From: Chrysomallon squamiferum | Lineage: Eukaryota; Animalia; Mollusca | Length of the DNA stretch: 64,000 nt | Direction of reading: 5' to 3' | NCBI GenBank assembly: GCA_012295275.1 | Contig: CM022671.1 | Span: 16,926,001 to 16,990,000 of the forward strand | Shown here: positions 47,013 through 61,424 of the stretch, piece by piece | How positions within the stretch are numbered: the stretch's first letter is position 1 | Layout: every line of letters starts with the position of its first letter | Translations under genes and position numbers: made by a program | The notes under the pieces: model-generated | Told to the model about the DNA's origin: nothing | What the model saw: the letters and a program-made list of their open reading frames with translations, nothing else | The model's database searches: none

Positions 47013-47446
47013 TAACAATAACAACTATAGTAATAGTACTAAATTAATTACAGTGCAAACAGTAGTTATTATTATTATTAATAATACTTTTTTGAAGTGT
47101 TTTGATTTCTTCCTTTTTACTAATGTTTCAGAGCAGGTCTGTAATCTTTAATAAAGAAAACACCCCCCACACACCCATGTATGTATGTATGTATGCGTGT
47201 GTATGTGTGTATATATGGGTCAGATGGATATACAAAACAAATATATAATATTGAAAAAACAGACAACTCATGACTAAATAAAAGAGAACAAAAATGTTTT
47301 ATGTTTGCCTCTACAGTATGGTTCATTGAAACTGCACATTCATTTTAGGTATGTGTCAATAATGACTACAAAGTACATTTCAAAGTAAACCAGAAAATTA
47401 AATATTTGCGTGAAAACATAAGAACAATTATGGGGATGAAAAAAAA

Positions 47447-47482
<36 letters not shown>

Positions 47483-50400
47483 TTGTAAAATATTTCTGTA
47501 CACTGTTGGTAATATAATTATTTTGAGTTAGGAATCCAGTAGGGTGTGGATCAAGCTAGTTCAATCTTTTGTTTACTGATTTATTTAAACAACTTGAACT
47601 GGAAGATGTTGGTTATTTCATGGCTTGAACTTGAGGTTTTAACTCATACAATTGTAAACAGCTTCCATAATGGCTGATACTTCTAAGAAGCTGTGTAATC
47701 CTTGTCTTCCTATTCAGAGGAATTAGACTGGAAACACATAAAAGGGTATCATCCATCATGTATTATCTATAATACAGACTTGCATCAAGACTGTCTGATA
47801 TAAAAAAAAGTATCCATATAAAAGACTTTGTCAAGACTGTTTATAAAAAAATATCAAAAATTTGTATTATTAATAGCAAATGGACATTTAAATTTTTACT
47901 ATGCCATTGACAGCTATATACTATGTCAAGACTAATCAAATATTAACATATGTGTTACCTGCAATTCACTGAAGGAAAGAAGAAAAAACTATGAGAGAGA
48001 GAGAAAGACCATTCAAATTACTACACACAAATCTGTCAGACATTATTCAAATAACTATGTACAAATGTATCAGACATTATTCAAATTACTATGTACAAAT
48101 TTATCAGATATGTCTTTTTTCTTATTTAGTTCACTAAAATAAAAATCTGTTAGACTTGTTATTCAGTTTACTATGGACAAATTTATTATACATTATATTC
48201 AGAGACATTCAGTATACATTCAGACACAATGTATAATAAACATTTTACTTTCTGATGCAATAATAATATTTCGACTTGTATCCATTTTTTTCTCCTCTAT
48301 GTTAAGAAAATCTGGTATTCAACCCACTGTATTGTATAGATGACAGCATGATTTACTGAAGTGTGTCTGGCTAAAGGAACATTCAAAAGAATGATATAAG
48401 CACCATAGTATTATAATAATTCAATACAGGAATGAATTCTTTGCTCAACAGTACTTCAATCCCCCTTCTTTTTTTTTTTTTTTGTAATTCTGTTGTAAGA
48501 CATTTTGTAAACTGAACATAACAAATAATTTGAGAAAGGAAATACATAATACTTTCAATGCAAGGAATAATTTTATCATTTAGAAATGTCAAGTTCAATA
48601 TATATGCTGTTTTCCATATACAGTAAAATGCCTCTCACAACATTTGATAAACCAGTTGTGGAGAAGTCATTGGAAAGTTAAGCACACATCAAATAACATC
48701 TCACAGTATTTAAAAAAACTGTTTTTCTGGGTATGTAATAGGAAAGTGAAATAACACAGTTAACACATTGCAGAGAACTGATCCCATGACCTAACACAAC
48801 ATTTTATTAATCAGTTACATTGATGTGTGAATTTAAAGTGAAATAACTCAGTAAGCTGTAACACTCATGTAATTACCTAACACAACATTTTATTAAACAG
48901 TAATGTTGATGTGTGAATGTAAAATGAAACAACTCAATACGCTGTAAAGGATTGATCCGACAACCTTAACGCACCTCAGTCCCATTTTCTAACCTCTTGA
49001 TTGTGGCATGCTGTTGGTGAATCACAGCCCATTCCAAATTTTACTTGTTTCCTTGTTTTCAGTGAGTGATGTCAGAGCAGATTTTCTGCTTCACACTTCT
49101 CCTGGAAGGTGGTGATGATAATAGTAACAATAAACATATTGAGAACCGTGGGTGTGGCATCTAACCAAGCATGTCTGTATTCACGTCTGTTACAAATATT
49201 TTACATCACCACTCACCTTCATTCTCCTGCTGACTTTTCAGTTCTCAGTAATGACATAATTGCATATAAATTTCTATAAATACATTCCAAGCTTGAAAAT
49301 GATGTATTTAATTTCTTTTTTTTCCGTTTTTTTTTTTTTTTTTTTTTTTTTGGTTTTTTAAAAATCCAAATTTAATAGGAAAAGAGAAACATTTAAATGG
49401 GTGGAATATTGTATATCAGTTGTGATGAGAATTACAAATGAGGTAAACTTTAATTTCATATTTTTCAATTTTTTCAAATAGAAAAATAGTTATTATTGAA
49501 CCATAGAAAGTACTTCAAGGTGCTAATTAAGCTACATATTTTATTTTGTTAATTTTTTTTTAAAAATTTTTTTGGAAATATTATATTCTTTTTCCAAACT
49601 TTTATTTCATTGACATTACTTATAAAAATATCTTAAAAGATATGCAATAATAACCAAATAATTTTTAATCGAAATAAATTAAAATCTGTTTAATGAAATC
49701 TCAAAACACAATGGTATTAAGTTATGGAGTATCAAAAATATAGTGTTGCATAATGAAAAACTAGAGAGGAAACCATGCAACCGTATCTATAAGCTACTTT
49801 TATCAAACTGCAACAAGGAATATTTTCTGTATTTTCTAGATAAGATGTAATATACCACACCCTTTGTTAAATTAATTGTAGGATATACTCAAAATATGTC
49901 CACAATTCAAATAATACTTAAAAGGAGTGACCAAGTTGCAACTCACATGCAGTCATTATAAGCAATTACAAAAATAATGTTAATGTTTTTATTGCTTTTA
50001 TGAAAATAAACTAAATTTATTCTTTACTATGTGGGTTTAAATTGGTGTTAAAAAAGGCATGAAATAATATGTGATGATTGTTTGCATGTATTTGGCAGCA
50101 TGGGGTCCAAAATAAATATTTTTATTTTCCCATTAATTATTTATTTTTATAAATCACGTATTTTCTGAAATTGGTTTTGAAATCAGCTACAGGTAGCATG
50201 TAATAATAATTTTTTTAGTTTTGTACAGCCTGCTGTTCAGGAGAGTAATTGTATTTTAAGTTATTATAAAATCAATGGTAATTAATTTTTACACATAATG
50301 TGTAATTGGTTTTATGATAATATGTAATAAAAGCCTTTGATTTGGAAATCCATATAAATTTTTTTTAAAATTAAGAAAAAGAAGTCAGTGCCTTTTTTCA

Positions 50401-50879
50401 CTGATTAATGTTGTATTGCACCTAAGTATATATTCTTCCATGATGATAATAACAAGAAATAAATGTAAAAAAATAAAAACATTTTCACATTCACACACAC
50501 ACTAACTTCAAACACACACACAAACACACACACTAACTTCAAACACACACACAAACACACACACTAACTTCAAACACACACACAAACACACACACATACA
50601 TACACAAACTCATTCACAACACTCACATATAGAAACTACACACACACACACACACATACAGACAGACAGACAGACAGACACAGACATATACAGAGACAGA
50701 TATACATATCCATAATCCACTGACACACATGCATTGTCTATGATGTGTTTTTTTAAAATAAGAATAAGGCAATGTCTGTCAGAACTGTGAACCAGGAAAA
50801 GCCATCAAGTTTAAAAACATTAAAAAGCTCAGTTTAAATCATCTCTTCAGACATAGGTAAAACGAGCATGCATGCATGC

Positions 50880-50931
<52 letters not shown>

Positions 50932-53362
50932 TAATATGCATATATAGATACATAACATGCATGCATACATACATATACATAATTGGTTTAAAATGAGAGT
51001 GAAATAAAGTGTAATTAATGCCTGCATGCATGTAATGACACGAAGTTATGAAAGTCATTAAGTATAAAGTCGTTAACAAACCTGGATCTTGCTGACTTGC
51101 AGCTTCTATGCTGATGATGACATTCCAGGCTTTCCTCATCAGCAAAACAGCGTCAGTGTGTGTGAGGTTAGTGAAATCTGTGCCGTTCACCTCCAGAATC
51201 CTGTCACCCGATCTAAGACCCTGCATTAATTAAAAATTTAAATTAGTCATTAATTTTTTTTAAACCTATATTTTTATGTACGATTTTTCTGTCATGTTCT
51301 TTATAGGATAGCTCATATCAATGCTCCTATTTCATAAAACTGTTATAGTGGTTTACCTCAAGAATCCAAAAATCCTGCATTAAGTAAAAATCTAAATAGT
51401 GATTAATCTTTTGACATCCAGATATGTAAAATATATTTTTGTGTATGATTTTTCTGTCATGTTCTTTATAGGGCAGATAATGTTAATGTTAATATTTCAT
51501 AAAATCATTATGATGGTTGTATTTCCAAACTTTGAAATGAATACAAGATTTGAAAAGTTTTGATATAGTTTAATAGTTTAAATGATAATTATATAAATTT
51601 CTGATGTTATTTGATTTTAATTATTTTAGTGGTTTTTTTTTAAGTGTTTTTTTAAAATCTAATATTTTATTAACTATATATATATATATACTTGGATGTT
51701 GGATTTTAATTGTTCCAGTAATGTTTGTGTTCCTAAATCTCACATTTTCATTACCACATATTTCAAATAAATAACTTCTTGCATATTTCTAAAATTTAAT
51801 ATCTCTGTTTCATATTTTAATTGCTGAAATAAAAATTACATTTAAACAACCACAATAACAGAAAATACTATATAAAACAATTTAATAATTTGATTTTATA
51901 TTTTAATTGTTGAAATCATAATAACATTTAAATAAGTAATACCAGATAACACTAATATTTCTAAAATTAAATATCAAACTTTGATCAATATTTTTAATTG
52001 TTCAAATAATAATTACATTTTATTAGATTATAAATTAGAAAATACATGAATATTACAATTTAATAATTTGAAGTTCATATTTTAATTGCTAAAATCATAA
52101 TAACACTGAAATAACTACACTAATAATGTATATCTGAAAAACAGAATATGAAAATTTAATTATTGTTTTAATCATAATTACATTTAAATAATTTTATTAC
52201 CACATAATACTGTATATTTCTGAAATTTAACATACAGCAATTTAATAATTTGATGTTTGCATTTTAATTGTTTAAATCGTAATTACAATTAAATAACTAC
52301 AATATGAGCTAAAAAAAAAAAAAAAAAAAAAAAATTTTCATTAAAAACATCTGGTTATAAATGGGGTAATACCTCTTTCTGTGCCTGGCTGTCTTTCTCC
52401 ACTATGAACACTGTGATGGGTGTGCCGTACTCCTTCCCGCCCTTAATGCCGAGCCCCAGGCTCCCGTCGTCACGACGACGCAGCAGAACAGTTCTTCGAA
52501 TCCTGTGATGAGCGGGCGATTCCACGTTGAGCGCGATGTGGTGATCGGAGGAAAAGTGAGCTTTTAATCCGTTGCTCAGAGTGTGTCCGCTGAACGATCG
52601 ACTCAGCGAAGAAACCGGAGGCTGTCTGTGAACTACATTTTTGCTAACCGACTCTTTTTCAATTATGTCGTTTTGAGAAAACATTTCTGTTTGACTTTTC
52701 TGATTCTCACAATTCCTTCTTTCCGTCCCGTCTGTGAACTGGAAGAAGTGCTGCAGTGTGGAGAACAGTTTGAAGACACGTCTTGGTTTACACAGTTGGC
52801 ATCGTTGTTGTTGTTGTTGTTGTTGCTGACTTGTTGCGAGCTGGTAAATCTTTGAGTGTCTTGTTTTTTCACCGTCCCGTTCACTGACGTGTCGTCTATC
52901 TCGCTGTACACCCCGCTCGTCATGCTGGTTCCTGGAAGCGAATTCTCGTCAGCACCGTCCAAACACATCCTGAGGTCCGAAAACGAAAACCGCTTCTCGA
53001 ATCCCGTCGAAATCACTTGAAACTGCCCCGTCTCATCCCTCGCGATCACTTTAGGGATCGCTCCTGAAGGAGCACTGGTCTGTGAAGTACTTCAGAAACG
53101 ACTCGTACATGGGGAACTGGATGGTGCACAGCTTCTGGAAGTCCTGGTGGTACTGTCTGGGCAGTCTGCTGCTGATTTCCAGCAGAAGCATCAGCTTGTC
53201 TGTCGAAGTGATCACCTCTTGCAGCTGAGTGCACAGGGAGGGCACCGACCGCGATATTCTGAAGTGCTGGAGAGTCTGCTTGAACTTCAGACACTCTTCA
53301 GCTGACAGCAGTTCCTGCGCCAGGTGCTTCAGAATGATCTCCCTTTTCCTGTGCTCTGTCAT
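43863..53362 (-). CDS. Whirlin/harmonin (Usher scaffold) family-like protein: harmonin-homology domain + 2 PDZ + disordered tail, ~702 aa, 7 coding exons
   Basis: Exons 53437(ATG 53362)-52373, 51220-51082, 46801-46723, 46311-46218, 45547-45451, 44975-44933, 44529-43863; GT-AG with consistent phases (0,1,2,0,1,2). HHD-like LLSAEECLKFKQTLQHFRISRSVPSLCTQLQEVITSTDKLMLL; PDZ1 SLGLGIKGGKEYG...GLRSGDRILEVNG...LTHTDAV; PDZ2 GRLGCAVSR...AGMLQGDSIIQIDG. Two frameshifts in the first coding exon; start codon uncertain. Confidence 0.88.
48769..48947. repeat. Two-copy ~87-bp tandem duplication, intronic
   Basis: acctaacacaacattttattaa...ttgatgtgtgaat..aaa.tgaaa.aactca.ta.gctgtaa appears twice. Confidence 0.75.
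50492..50595. repeat. 31-bp minisatellite, 3+ copies
   Basis: ctaacttc recurs at 50502, 50533 and 50564 within CA-rich units. Confidence 0.85.
51221..51510. repeat. ~154-bp tandem duplication of the intron 3' end (acceptor region) of the PDZ1 exon
   Basis: ctgcattaa.taaaaat.taaat...gatttttctgtcatgttctttatagg...tatttcataaaa is present at 51221 and 51375. Confidence 0.8.
51740..52300. repeat. Degenerate ~85-bp AT-rich tandem repeat, intronic
   Basis: Recurring atattttaattg.tgaaat.ataat.acatttaaa core. Confidence 0.6.
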
Positions 53363-53534
53363 GTTGAGGTGACGAAGACGTTTCTTCAGAGCACCCTGCA
53401 GTGGCTTCCACGTGTGGCTTGACTCAGGCAAAAACACCTGTCAAATCACACAGACATTGTTTACATACATACTTATATACATTATATATATATACACACA
53501 CATATACTTATATACATTATATATATATATATAT

Positions 53535-53579
<45 letters not shown>

Positions 53580-54788
53580 TACATACACACATATATATGT
53601 ATATAAGTATGTATGTGTTAATATTTTAACACAAATATGCATTACATATATGTCTGCCTATATATCTATTTATTTCATTGTTATGGTTTTAAAAAATAAT
53701 TAGAAAATTAATAAAATGTGTATCAGAAATACTTACTCATTAATTTATTATCTAACTCATTTATTTTTATACAACCATTTTCATTCTAAATTTTTTTTTT
53801 TTTTTTTTTATTTACTTATTTATTTATATTTTATGAAATGTGAAACTGAAAATTTAAAATTAAATACATCATTTCACAGTTCCAAGAAATAATGTTACCA
53901 TAGTAACATTACCTGCAACAAAACACACACCCACCCACACAAAAACATTAAAAACATTAAAAATAAAAATCTATTTTTAAATACTTTTTCTGGCAATTAA
54001 AAAAAAAAAAAAAAAAAAAGTGTTAATATTTTAACACAAACACACATATAAATGCATAGAAATAAAGAATAACCATTTTTAAATATGTTTGCTGGCAGAT
54101 AATAGTGTGTTAATATTTTAACACACACACAAACACAAATGCACTAATGAGTAACAGTTTTTAAGTATGTTTGTTGACACTTAACATAATGCCACAAATA
54201 CACACACACTAAAGAGTAACTATTTTAAAACATTTTTGACACTTTACACAATGTGTTAATATTTTAACACAAATATGCCTGAAGACATACACACTAAAGA
54301 GTAACTATTTTAAAACATTTTTGACAGTTGACACAATGTGTTAATATTTAACTTGCTAAAAACATTAAACATACAATGTTCATCACTTTTAAAACATTTT
54401 TTGACAGTTGACAAGTATAGTTTTAACTGACCATAAAAAATTAAAATAAGACATTTATAGGAGAAGTCTTTCAGTGGCCATAAAAAAAGAAAAGAAATAA
54501 GAAAAAGTCATTAAAATAATCACAACAATATGAGTTTATATTCAAAGTTATTTCATGAAAACAAAAAGAAGAAGAAAAAAGATAATATCCTTTACTACAT
54601 AAGTGACACATTAATTTTATTATGCAATAAAATCATATTTTATGATAATACCTTGAATAAGCTCAGGTAATCTCACAAAGTCCTGATTAATACAAAACCT
54701 CAGTGTATTTATAAAGTTACTTCTTAACAAAACTTCCTTCACTTCATGCTTGGCATTATTTTAAAATAATATCCATTACTATTACTAC

Positions 54789-54825
<37 letters not shown>

Positions 54826-55411
54826 ATTCTTTTTGTTTTCTCTTTTTTGGATAAAATCTACTAGTATTAACAATATTTATTAATAACAAAATTTATTAGT
54901 AATTTTACTATATTTTAATGTATTTTGTTACAGAATTTATTACTGCTAATAATATCAGTACTATTAAGGTCATTTTTTTGAAGAAGAAAAAAAAAAAAAA
55001 ACCCACACATTATTACCACTATTAAAGTTATTTTGTAAAAAAATCTATTTCAGATCTTAATTATATTCTCAAAAGATAATAAAAAATGATAGATGATAAA
55101 TATGATTATGCAACAGCCGTGTATTATGTGTTTTAGTTATGCTGAATCACATCCTGTTACTTGACAATACTATAAATACATCTTAATCAATCTTGTATTT
55201 ATCAGTCTGATGTCTGGATAAATGTAGGTGAAAACAGATATTTTTTAATAGCTTACACCTAATGTGCAAAATAAAAATTAAGTGAACACATCAATAATAA
55301 GAATAAAATTGACTGAATAAATGGATAATACGTGTATAACATTGTCTAAACATGCAATATCTATTAAATAAACTGAACATATGTTGAGTTGACTGTACAT
55401 AAATGTGTGTA

Positions 55412-55444
<33 letters not shown>

Positions 55445-58400
55445 ATGTGCATATGTGTATATTCATGTGTATATATGTATGCATTTGTGTGTCTATATAT
55501 GTGTTAGTGTGTGTATGAATGTGTGTTCTGTGTTTGAGTGTCTGTGTGTTGTATAAAGGGTTTCAGTCTTAAGCTCTGTAAAGCATATAACCAAGTTCTG
55601 TCTAATACCTATTCAGTTCAATAACAATTTTTTCCTTAAAACAGAATATGTTCCTCTTACAACATATAACATATTCTGCATGAGGACAAAACATAAAAAT
55701 CAAGATTGTTCTTAAATATTTGAAATGGATATAAAGTATTTTTTGTACTGTAACTTTGTGTATATGTCTGTATATGAGCATAAGAGCATTTGTGTATATA
55801 TGTTTTTGTCATTCTGTGTGTGTGTGTGTGTGTGTGTTTCAGTGTCACTTATAGTCTGTGATGTGAGGGTGGATACAGAGCAGGGTGTATCTGTCTATAA
55901 GTTATCAAACCTCTGTGTAAAAAAACAGACAAGGTTACACTGACATGCTGCCTGTATGTGTTTCACAGCATGAACAAAGAACACATGCCCATTTAAAACT
56001 ACATCAATATTACTAACAACAACACATTACTTCATCGATTTTCTAAATACCTTTTAAAAAAAAAAAAACTATCAATATTTCAAATATTCTTTTCTAAGTT
56101 TGCTTCTACTCATTTTACATAATATACATTTCAGAGACAATAAGACCGAGGCATACAAAAAACAATCCTCCAAGCTTTTTAATTTTTAATAAAAAACAAA
56201 TAATGTTTTTACTTACTGCTAACTCCAGCAACATTGTTTTTTTTTTTGTATAACTCCAGAAATAAAAATAAAGATTATATTACATACCATTGGACTGGTT
56301 GGAGTGTGAATGAAACACATGAGAAGCTATGAAACCTGATCCCCAGTCAGAATGTACCACTAATATGGTTGGCTGGCCAACAATGTCATATATAGAGATG
56401 TGAGGAAATTATTATTCAAAGCATCCACCCCATGTCGCTGATTTGCCTTCGTTGCGTAGGGTACAGTTTTATGCATAACAGACAAGATGATTTTATGCTG
56501 TCAGCATAATTTTTCTTACTCGTTCACTCACTGGTCATGAAGGCCAAGACAAATTAAATAATTGTTTTTTTCCCCCCATTCCTAATTATTCCCATCAAAA
56601 TGCCCAAATATATTTTGTATTTTTTTCAAGCTATCCTACTAAAAAAAAAAAAAAAAAAAAAATGAAAAATCAGAAACAAAAACAACAACAACAATAATAA
56701 TAAAATAAATAGGATCAATTAAAAAAAGTGTTATGTCACAATATTATGCTAAGCACTTGATTAATATTTCTGTTATGTTGCAGTTACGAAACAGAATTTT
56801 TAATATTCAGCATCATTCTATTTTGAAAAGAAATTGGGTGAAAATCAGGTATGTAATTTACAATGGCCTACTCCACTCAGCCAAGTACATTGAGTGCTTC
56901 TAAATATTTGAAAGTAAAATTTAAATCATTCCAAATTGTAATTAATATTCATTTATTTAGCCACTGCATTTGACGTATATATCATAATTATATAAAATAT
57001 ATATATTTTTTTTTAAAGTCATATAATTTTATCTGCAATTTCATTGTAATTATTTTCTTATATGTTATATTCATACATATGCATGCTGTCTTTATGTATG
57101 GTGCCTAGATTGGGAAATAGTGCTATATGCTAATTACACCAAGTTTGAAGATGACTAATTCAAATGAAGAGCAGAAAAAAAAAAAAAACAGTGGAAAATT
57201 TTTCTTTGGTGAAAAACTCTCCATTTATAAATAAAATATTAGAGGTTTTATTTTTTGTTGTAAATTAAATTTCACAAAAAACATTTAAAAAAAAGTATAA
57301 AATGTCAGCAGATATTTTAAATCTGGTATCTAATGCATACTTTTGATAAAAATGATGTTTTTGTGAATATCTGTTCCTTCATTAAAACGTTTTTATTTTT
57401 TTATGTGTAGGGCCTTGGTTGTCTGCTGTTTAAACACTGAATTAATTACGACAAATACAACACAGAAATGGCGGTCGATATTTTAAATCCTATATCTAAT
57501 CTATGCTTTTAATCAAAGGTCATTTTGGATATATATTTTTACTGTTTAAATTATTCTGTTGCGAGTATCCTCTTCCTTTTTAATAAAATATTAAAACAGT
57601 TTTTAAATTCTACATTTTGCAGTTTAAACATTGAATTCATGTTGGATGATATTTGAGTACATCTAATACTTTTAATGAAAGGATCTTTTGAACAGATATT
57701 GTTATACTCTAAATTATTATGGGTGAATATCTATTTCTTCATTAATACAACATTAAAACATTATATAAATTTTAGAGTTTGCTGTTTTAACACTGCATTA
57801 ATAATGACAAAAACAACAATCTAAAATAGCAGATGACCAAGTTAAATAATCAAATAATCAAAAAATAAGTTTAAGATGGCATTTTAAATATGATATCTAA
57901 TACTTTTAACTGAAATGACATTTTGTATGGGCTCTTTTGTAGTTACTATCACAATGTGCAATACAAGCAACATGCAAATATCTTCCTGAATTGTATTAAC
58001 ACTGGTCTTAAAATTACTGGCTAAAATTTACTTCACTGTTAATTTTAAATTCATTATCTTTCTTATTTCATATACTTGTCTCCTAGAAACATTTCAGTTA
58101 TCTCTCTTTCTATTATAGATAAAAGACAGTTTCCAATACAAAGTTGATGATAATTGGAAAGAACAGTACAGATTTGTTAAAATCTGTTTTTGTTATAACA
58201 GAAAATGGTTGCCTATTTTTTATCACAATGGTCAATGTGCTCTTTTAGGTATTGGAGTAGAACCTGTATAAAGATAACAAACACTCTAGTACTATTTTGT
58301 ATCACAGACACTTTGTCCATTTGGTACACACAGCCCTATTTTTCTTTTAATTTACAAATACTCTTACAGTATTTTGTACAATTCATTATATACAATTTTT

Positions 58401-60298
58401 TTATTTTTATTTTTCAAATACTGTTACAATATTTTGAACCATTCAATACATACATTTTTTTTTTTTGGCTTTTAACTTACAAATACTGTTAAAAACTATT
58501 TTTTATATCTTTCAGTAGGCACATTCTTATTTTTAAATTTTATAAATACTGTTATTTTTCTATTAATCTATTCACGTGCAACCTGTTTATGTGAAAGTGA
58601 ATACGCAGTTTAGCCGACATTCAAATAATTAGAGATTTCTTTTTCATCGCTTTTGTGTTCTGGTGTCTGGGTACACCACAGTGAATGTTTCCTTTTGAAA
58701 GAACAGCTTTCAATTATCCTTAACAACTCAGTCCAACAACACCGTAACCAACAGAGCTACAAATCACAGGAAATACTTATATATTATTGATAATAAAAAA
58801 ACAACAACATTAGAACACACACAAGTCATTTTTCTGCAATAAAAAGCCAATGAAACGGTTGTCATAGCAAACAGATATACAAACACGGCTCTGTTGTTTT
58901 ATACTTGTCTATAAATATCGTAAAAATCAATCTAATGTATGCGTAGATATAATAAAATTTGTATATACAAATACTGTTGGGTATTTTAAGCTTTTTTTTT
59001 TTTGTTTTTTTTTTTGCTCTGGCTGTGCAGGTGTTTGGTTAAAAGGTCTAGTCAAGTTTCTTTTGATGTTTTCTTTCTTTTCTTAATTATTATTTTATTA
59101 TGTTTACTATAAAACCACAAGCATTTCAGTTTTGATTCTGTTTCAGTTTTGCTTAAATAGGCACAAAATGTCTGCTTCCATAACAGAAAATGTTATTGTT
59201 TATTTATTATACATAAAAAACTATATTATATTATGTTACACTATCCTGCAAGCATTACACTACACTATACTAAACTATATAGTAAGCACTAAATGTACTA
59301 CATTATATTAAATGCACCATATGCATTATACTATACTGTACTACCCTGCACTATAGTACATTACACAAAACTAAACTAGCCTAGACTATACTGCATACAC
59401 TACACTGAACTACACTACACAATACCATATTGTACACATTATACTACTGTATAATCTAAAATGACCCTTTCACTTTTTAAATGACTTCTGTGTTTTTTTG
59501 CTGCACCTTACACCCATCTTTATAACACACACACAACTTATACATATGTAGTTCCAGCATTACTGGTAGAAAAAAAAAATATCATTTTTGTAACACTCGT
59601 CACACTTAGCAGTTTCAGAAAATAAAAATAAATAAAAAATGTCACAGCCAGACAGGACATGACATTTCAAAGTGTTAAATGCATTTATACCGTCTGACCC
59701 TTGACTCTATGAATATTTATGAAAAAAATAATCAGGTAATATCACAGTGTGATGTCACCACGACTGATTACATAACAGTAAAAACCATGTGGGGTAAGGA
59801 AATCTTATTAACAAAAAAAAAAAAAAAAAGCTACATATAAGTTGTTTGTAATATAATCACTAACTTATCACCCTCCTCTCGTCTTTTTTCCCTTTCCTTT
59901 CTTTTTCCCCTCCATCCCTCCCTCCTCTCTCTCATTCTCTCTCTCTGTGAATCAATGAGAAAGATAAAGATATTAATATGCATGTGTGTGTGTGTGTGTG
60001 TGAAATTTTGAAAGTATCTCTGTACGTTTTTATGACAACTGTTATTAGATTGCATGGGTAGGAAATATTGCTAACACTATTCCATGGACTAGTGATACTG
60101 ATTAACAGCAAGAAATTGTTTTTAATTTACCTTCCCATTAACCAGAAAATAAAATATATACTTTGGCCTTTGTTTAACTTAACAGTGAGCAATGGCTCAA
60201 TGACTACAAGTAAACAACTAAACAGAAGTATAAAGGCAAATGTATTCAAGTGTTTACCAGTTGCATGTCAAAAACAAAACACTCAAACACAAATACAG

Positions 60299-60335
<37 letters not shown>

Positions 60336-60419
60336 ATTTAGCTTGATATGTATTGAAATCCTTTACATAAATATTTGGTATATAAAATGTTAGAATCCAA
60401 AAGACCAATAGTCCACAGT

Positions 60420-60459
<40 letters not shown>

Positions 60460-61424
60460 CATACACATGCCTGTATGAAATGTTTTATTTCAAATATATC
60501 AATATTCTTTACAGAAATATTTGTTATATGAATAACATAATCTCATATGAATATAATGCACAGAATAAACACATACACTTAGACATAAGAAGAATCAATA
60601 TGATATATATATATATCAATAACATGCTGGAGATAATTTGCCTTTATAAATTGCTATAATCCATTCACTCGATCTTCAGTTAGATGCTAACATATGACAC
60701 AAAATATCCAAAAAAACCCAACAAATCACAAAAATCATAAATTACTTACTTACAATACAATGGCCAAATAATCAATCACAAAATCTCAGCAAACTAAATA
60801 CAATCCCAAGTGAAAATCGGTGAAGCCTACTCCAGAAAACCATTAATAATAGACAACATATACATTAATTTTTTCTTTTCTTTTCAAAAACACTGGCTAT
60901 CAATATTTTTCATGTGTCAGAGAACATCAATAATCTGTCTGTCAAGACGACATTTTCACACACACACACACATTTACGCATGCGGTTCTTTCAAACAGTC
61001 AATAAGACATATCCGTGACATTAATGATTACCACTCGACAAAGAAATATTTTCATTCACGCCTGCACTGATAGGTCTGTAAGCTCTTGTTCTTGCTACAA
61101 CGCGGATTTAGCCTGGAGGTTCTTCCGTGCAACATTTTTGCCTGCGTTGCAGGATGTTACCTGGTGACTTGCTTAACAATGAAAAAATCACTGAACCACG
61201 TCATTCCTGTGAAAACACTGTCATTTGTAAGGAGAGAAATTAGCTTGATTGCTGGTACTGCCCTTGAGTACCAGAGTCGGCTGAAACGCTTTCATGCTTG
61301 CCAGAAATTACCATCCCGTGAAAGAGTTTGTTATGTGTAATGAATCATCAATGGGTATTGTTTTAAAGTCACTCGATTTTTTATTAATATTTTCTGTATT
61401 TTTTTTTTTTTTTTTTTTTTTTAT

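Noticed and set aside
49763-49870. Possible degenerate SINE-like dispersed repeat (similar impressions at ~22150-22200, ~42850-42900, ~48600-48675)
   Set aside because: The resemblance is from memory of gastropod repeats and too diverged to support without a library search.
61161-61330. GC-richer segment with a minus-strand donor CAG|gtaaca, a possible 5' exon of the PDZ gene
   Set aside because: No reading frame joins the 53437 exon in phase; it could be 5' UTR but needs transcript data.
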